Assembly: GCA_020833025.1 (NCBI GenBank)
Contig: JAJHRB010000030.1
Location: 1 to 17,800 of the forward strand
DNA length: 17,800 nucleotides
DNA from: Thermoproteaceae archaeon
GTDB lineage: Archaea; Thermoproteota; Thermoprotei; Thermoproteales; Thermoproteaceae
Reading direction: 5' to 3'
Positions 16,915-17,800 of this stretch are shown here, one piece after another. How positions within the stretch are numbered: position 1 is the stretch's first letter; each line of letters starts with the position of its first letter. The notes under the pieces were generated by a model that saw only the letters and a program-made list of their open reading frames with translations, had not been told where the DNA came from and searched no databases. The translations under genes and the position numbers were made by a program.

Positions 16915-17014
16915 GCTCGGCGGGACGCCGCGCAGGCCTCGTAACGGCGCGGCGGGAGAGCGGGAGGTCCCGGGAGGGCGCCTCCCGGGAGTTCGAATCC
17001 CGGCCGGGGCTCCA
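16915..17014 (+). tRNA. 3' half of tRNA-Thr(CGU), positions 30-76, with leader and two cis introns (37/38 and 53/54); candidate split tRNA
   Basis: Exons 16936-16943 (GC CTCGTA), 16959-16974 (A GCGGG AGGTC CCGGG) and 16992-17014 (TTCGAAT CCCGG CCGGGGC T CCA). Introns 16944-16958 (15 nt) and 16975-16991 (17 nt) each form a 4-bp central helix with 3-nt bulges. U73 fits archaeal Thr. Positions 1-29 are absent. Confidence 0.82.
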
Positions 17015-17051
17015 CCTCTCACCAATATAAATCGCGGGAGTGCCGCACTCC

Positions 17052-17408
17052 GTGTCGGCCGGCAGGGCCTCCGAGGGGGCAGTGTTCATGTCGCTGTCCG
17101 AGCTCGAGCGCCTGCTGGCAGCGCTGAGGGGAGGCGCAGAGAGATACAGGGAGAGCAGGCCCCTCCTCGAGAGCATGGAGGAGAGGTGGGCCAAGTTCGT
17201 CGAGCTCGCCGCAGCGTTCGGCGTCGAGCTGAAGCCGGCTGAGGGAGTCGAGTTCTACGCCGGCGGCCCGCTGCCTGACAACGCGGAGTTCATAAGGAGG
17301 CTCGACAGGATGATAGCCGCGCTCAAGAAGCTCAGGGACGTCTACGGCGACTTGAAAGTAATAGTGCACCTAGACGTGGAGATCAAGAAAATTGCCATCA
17401 AGATATGA
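17052..17408 (+). CDS. Hypothetical protein (about 107-118 aa)
   Basis: Host-like codon usage. Start is either GTG 17052 (29 nt after CAATATAAAT at 17023-17032) or ATG 17088 (after GAGGGGG). Confidence 0.8.
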   Translation: MSAGRASEGAVFMSLSELERLLAALRGGAERYRESRPLLESMEERWAKFVELAAAFGVELKPAEGVEFYAGGPLPDNAEFIRRLDRMIAALKKLRDVYGDLKVIVHLDVEIKKIAIKI

Positions 17409-17539
17409 CCGCGGCGCCGCCGGCCGCCTGCTGCGCGCGGATTGCGCCGAGGCCATTCCGGCGAGCTCTCCCGGAGCCGGCTTTCAGCGCGCTCAGAGCA
17501 GCCCGCAAGTCCGCCCGACCCCCTCCTGCAGACCTCCCG

Positions 17540-17800
17540 ACAGCTCGGCGAGCGCACTCCGAGCCAGCAGACGTCCCTGACGGCGGTGTCGCGGCCGGGG
17601 TAGATGGATACTACCCCCTGGATCCCGCCCGCCGTGCTGATACTGGCGGAGGGCCAGGGCCGCCGCGCCTCTCGATGCCCTCTGAGCCCTCCCCGCGCCC
17701 TGCCGCCAGAGCTGCCAGGAGCGACCTAAATGCATGGAGCGCCTTGCCGGCAGCATTCCGGGCGTGACCCTCGCTCAGCAGGAGGAGCCCGCTCTCGGCT
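17540..17800 (-). pseudogene. Frameshifted PaREP1-family (HEPN-like) remnant, 5'-truncated by the window edge
   Basis: Three minus frames carry consecutive PaREP1-like blocks: AESGLLLLSEGHARNAAGKALHAFRSLLAALA, then LALRQYQHGGRDP (about 17660-17620), then GVVSIYPGRDTAVRDVC (about 17617-17567). Family recognised from memory of the RNAAGKAFQAWKALLAALA motif. Left boundary approximate. Confidence 0.65.

Noticed and set aside
16905-16935. Cis 29/30 intron with the 5' exon immediately upstream (GAGCG...CTC)
   Set aside because: The central helix fails (CGGG or GGGC against GCGC), a 6-nt intron would be required, and there is no room for positions 1-21 after the promoter.
16897-17014. Complete tRNA (including a tRNA-Sec-like long acceptor) using GGAGCCC 16897-16903 as the 5' acceptor strand
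   Set aside because: The pairing would consume the CC of CCA, and there is no U8, no D arm and no UCA anticodon. The T-arm register fixes the acceptor 3' strand as CCGGGGC, which needs GCCCCGG.
17015-17090. Permuted tRNA with the 5' half downstream of CCA
   Set aside because: No GCCCCGG or D-arm sequence follows. The region holds a TATA box and the next CDS.
17405-17767. Plus-strand 120-aa ORF
   Set aside because: Ala/Pro/Arg-rich shadow frame antisense to the PaREP1 remnant, with no motif.
1-17800. CRISPR array, transposase/integrase, rRNA
   Set aside because: No regularly spaced repeats, no recombinase or transposase motifs and no rRNA-like segment were seen.

Overview
GC-rich crenarchaeal chromosome segment, most consistent with Thermoproteales (Pyrobaculum/Thermoproteus-like). 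The evidence is gene content, TATA-like boxes about 29 nt before start codons (leaderless mRNAs) and intron-rich tRNA. Housekeeping genes dominate: a GlmU-like protein, glmS, a DHH phosphoesterase and aglB; the conserved TFS-PCNA-priS-GINS15-L44e-S27e-aIF2alpha-Nop10 cluster; S19e, a PDCD5-like protein and L39e (missing from the ORF track); GGGP synthase, Elf1, a purine PRTase, a SWIM protein and an IMPase/FBPase. The most interesting signal is non-coding. (1) At 16915-17014 there is a promoter-bearing 3' half of tRNA-Thr(CGU), positions 30-76. It has two cis introns (37/38 and 53/54) with bulge-helix-bulge geometry and a leader that fits a 29/30 splice junction. No 5' half is present in the window, so it looks like a trans-spliced split tRNA. 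(2) Three box C/D guide sRNAs sit in intergenic gaps, each with a TATA box at the expected distance. One is a tRNA Cm56 guide, and one probably targets 23S helix 69. Also noted: a GlmU paralogue with both active sites degenerate, and a frameshifted PaREP1 remnant at the right edge. All calls were made by eye, without database searches.
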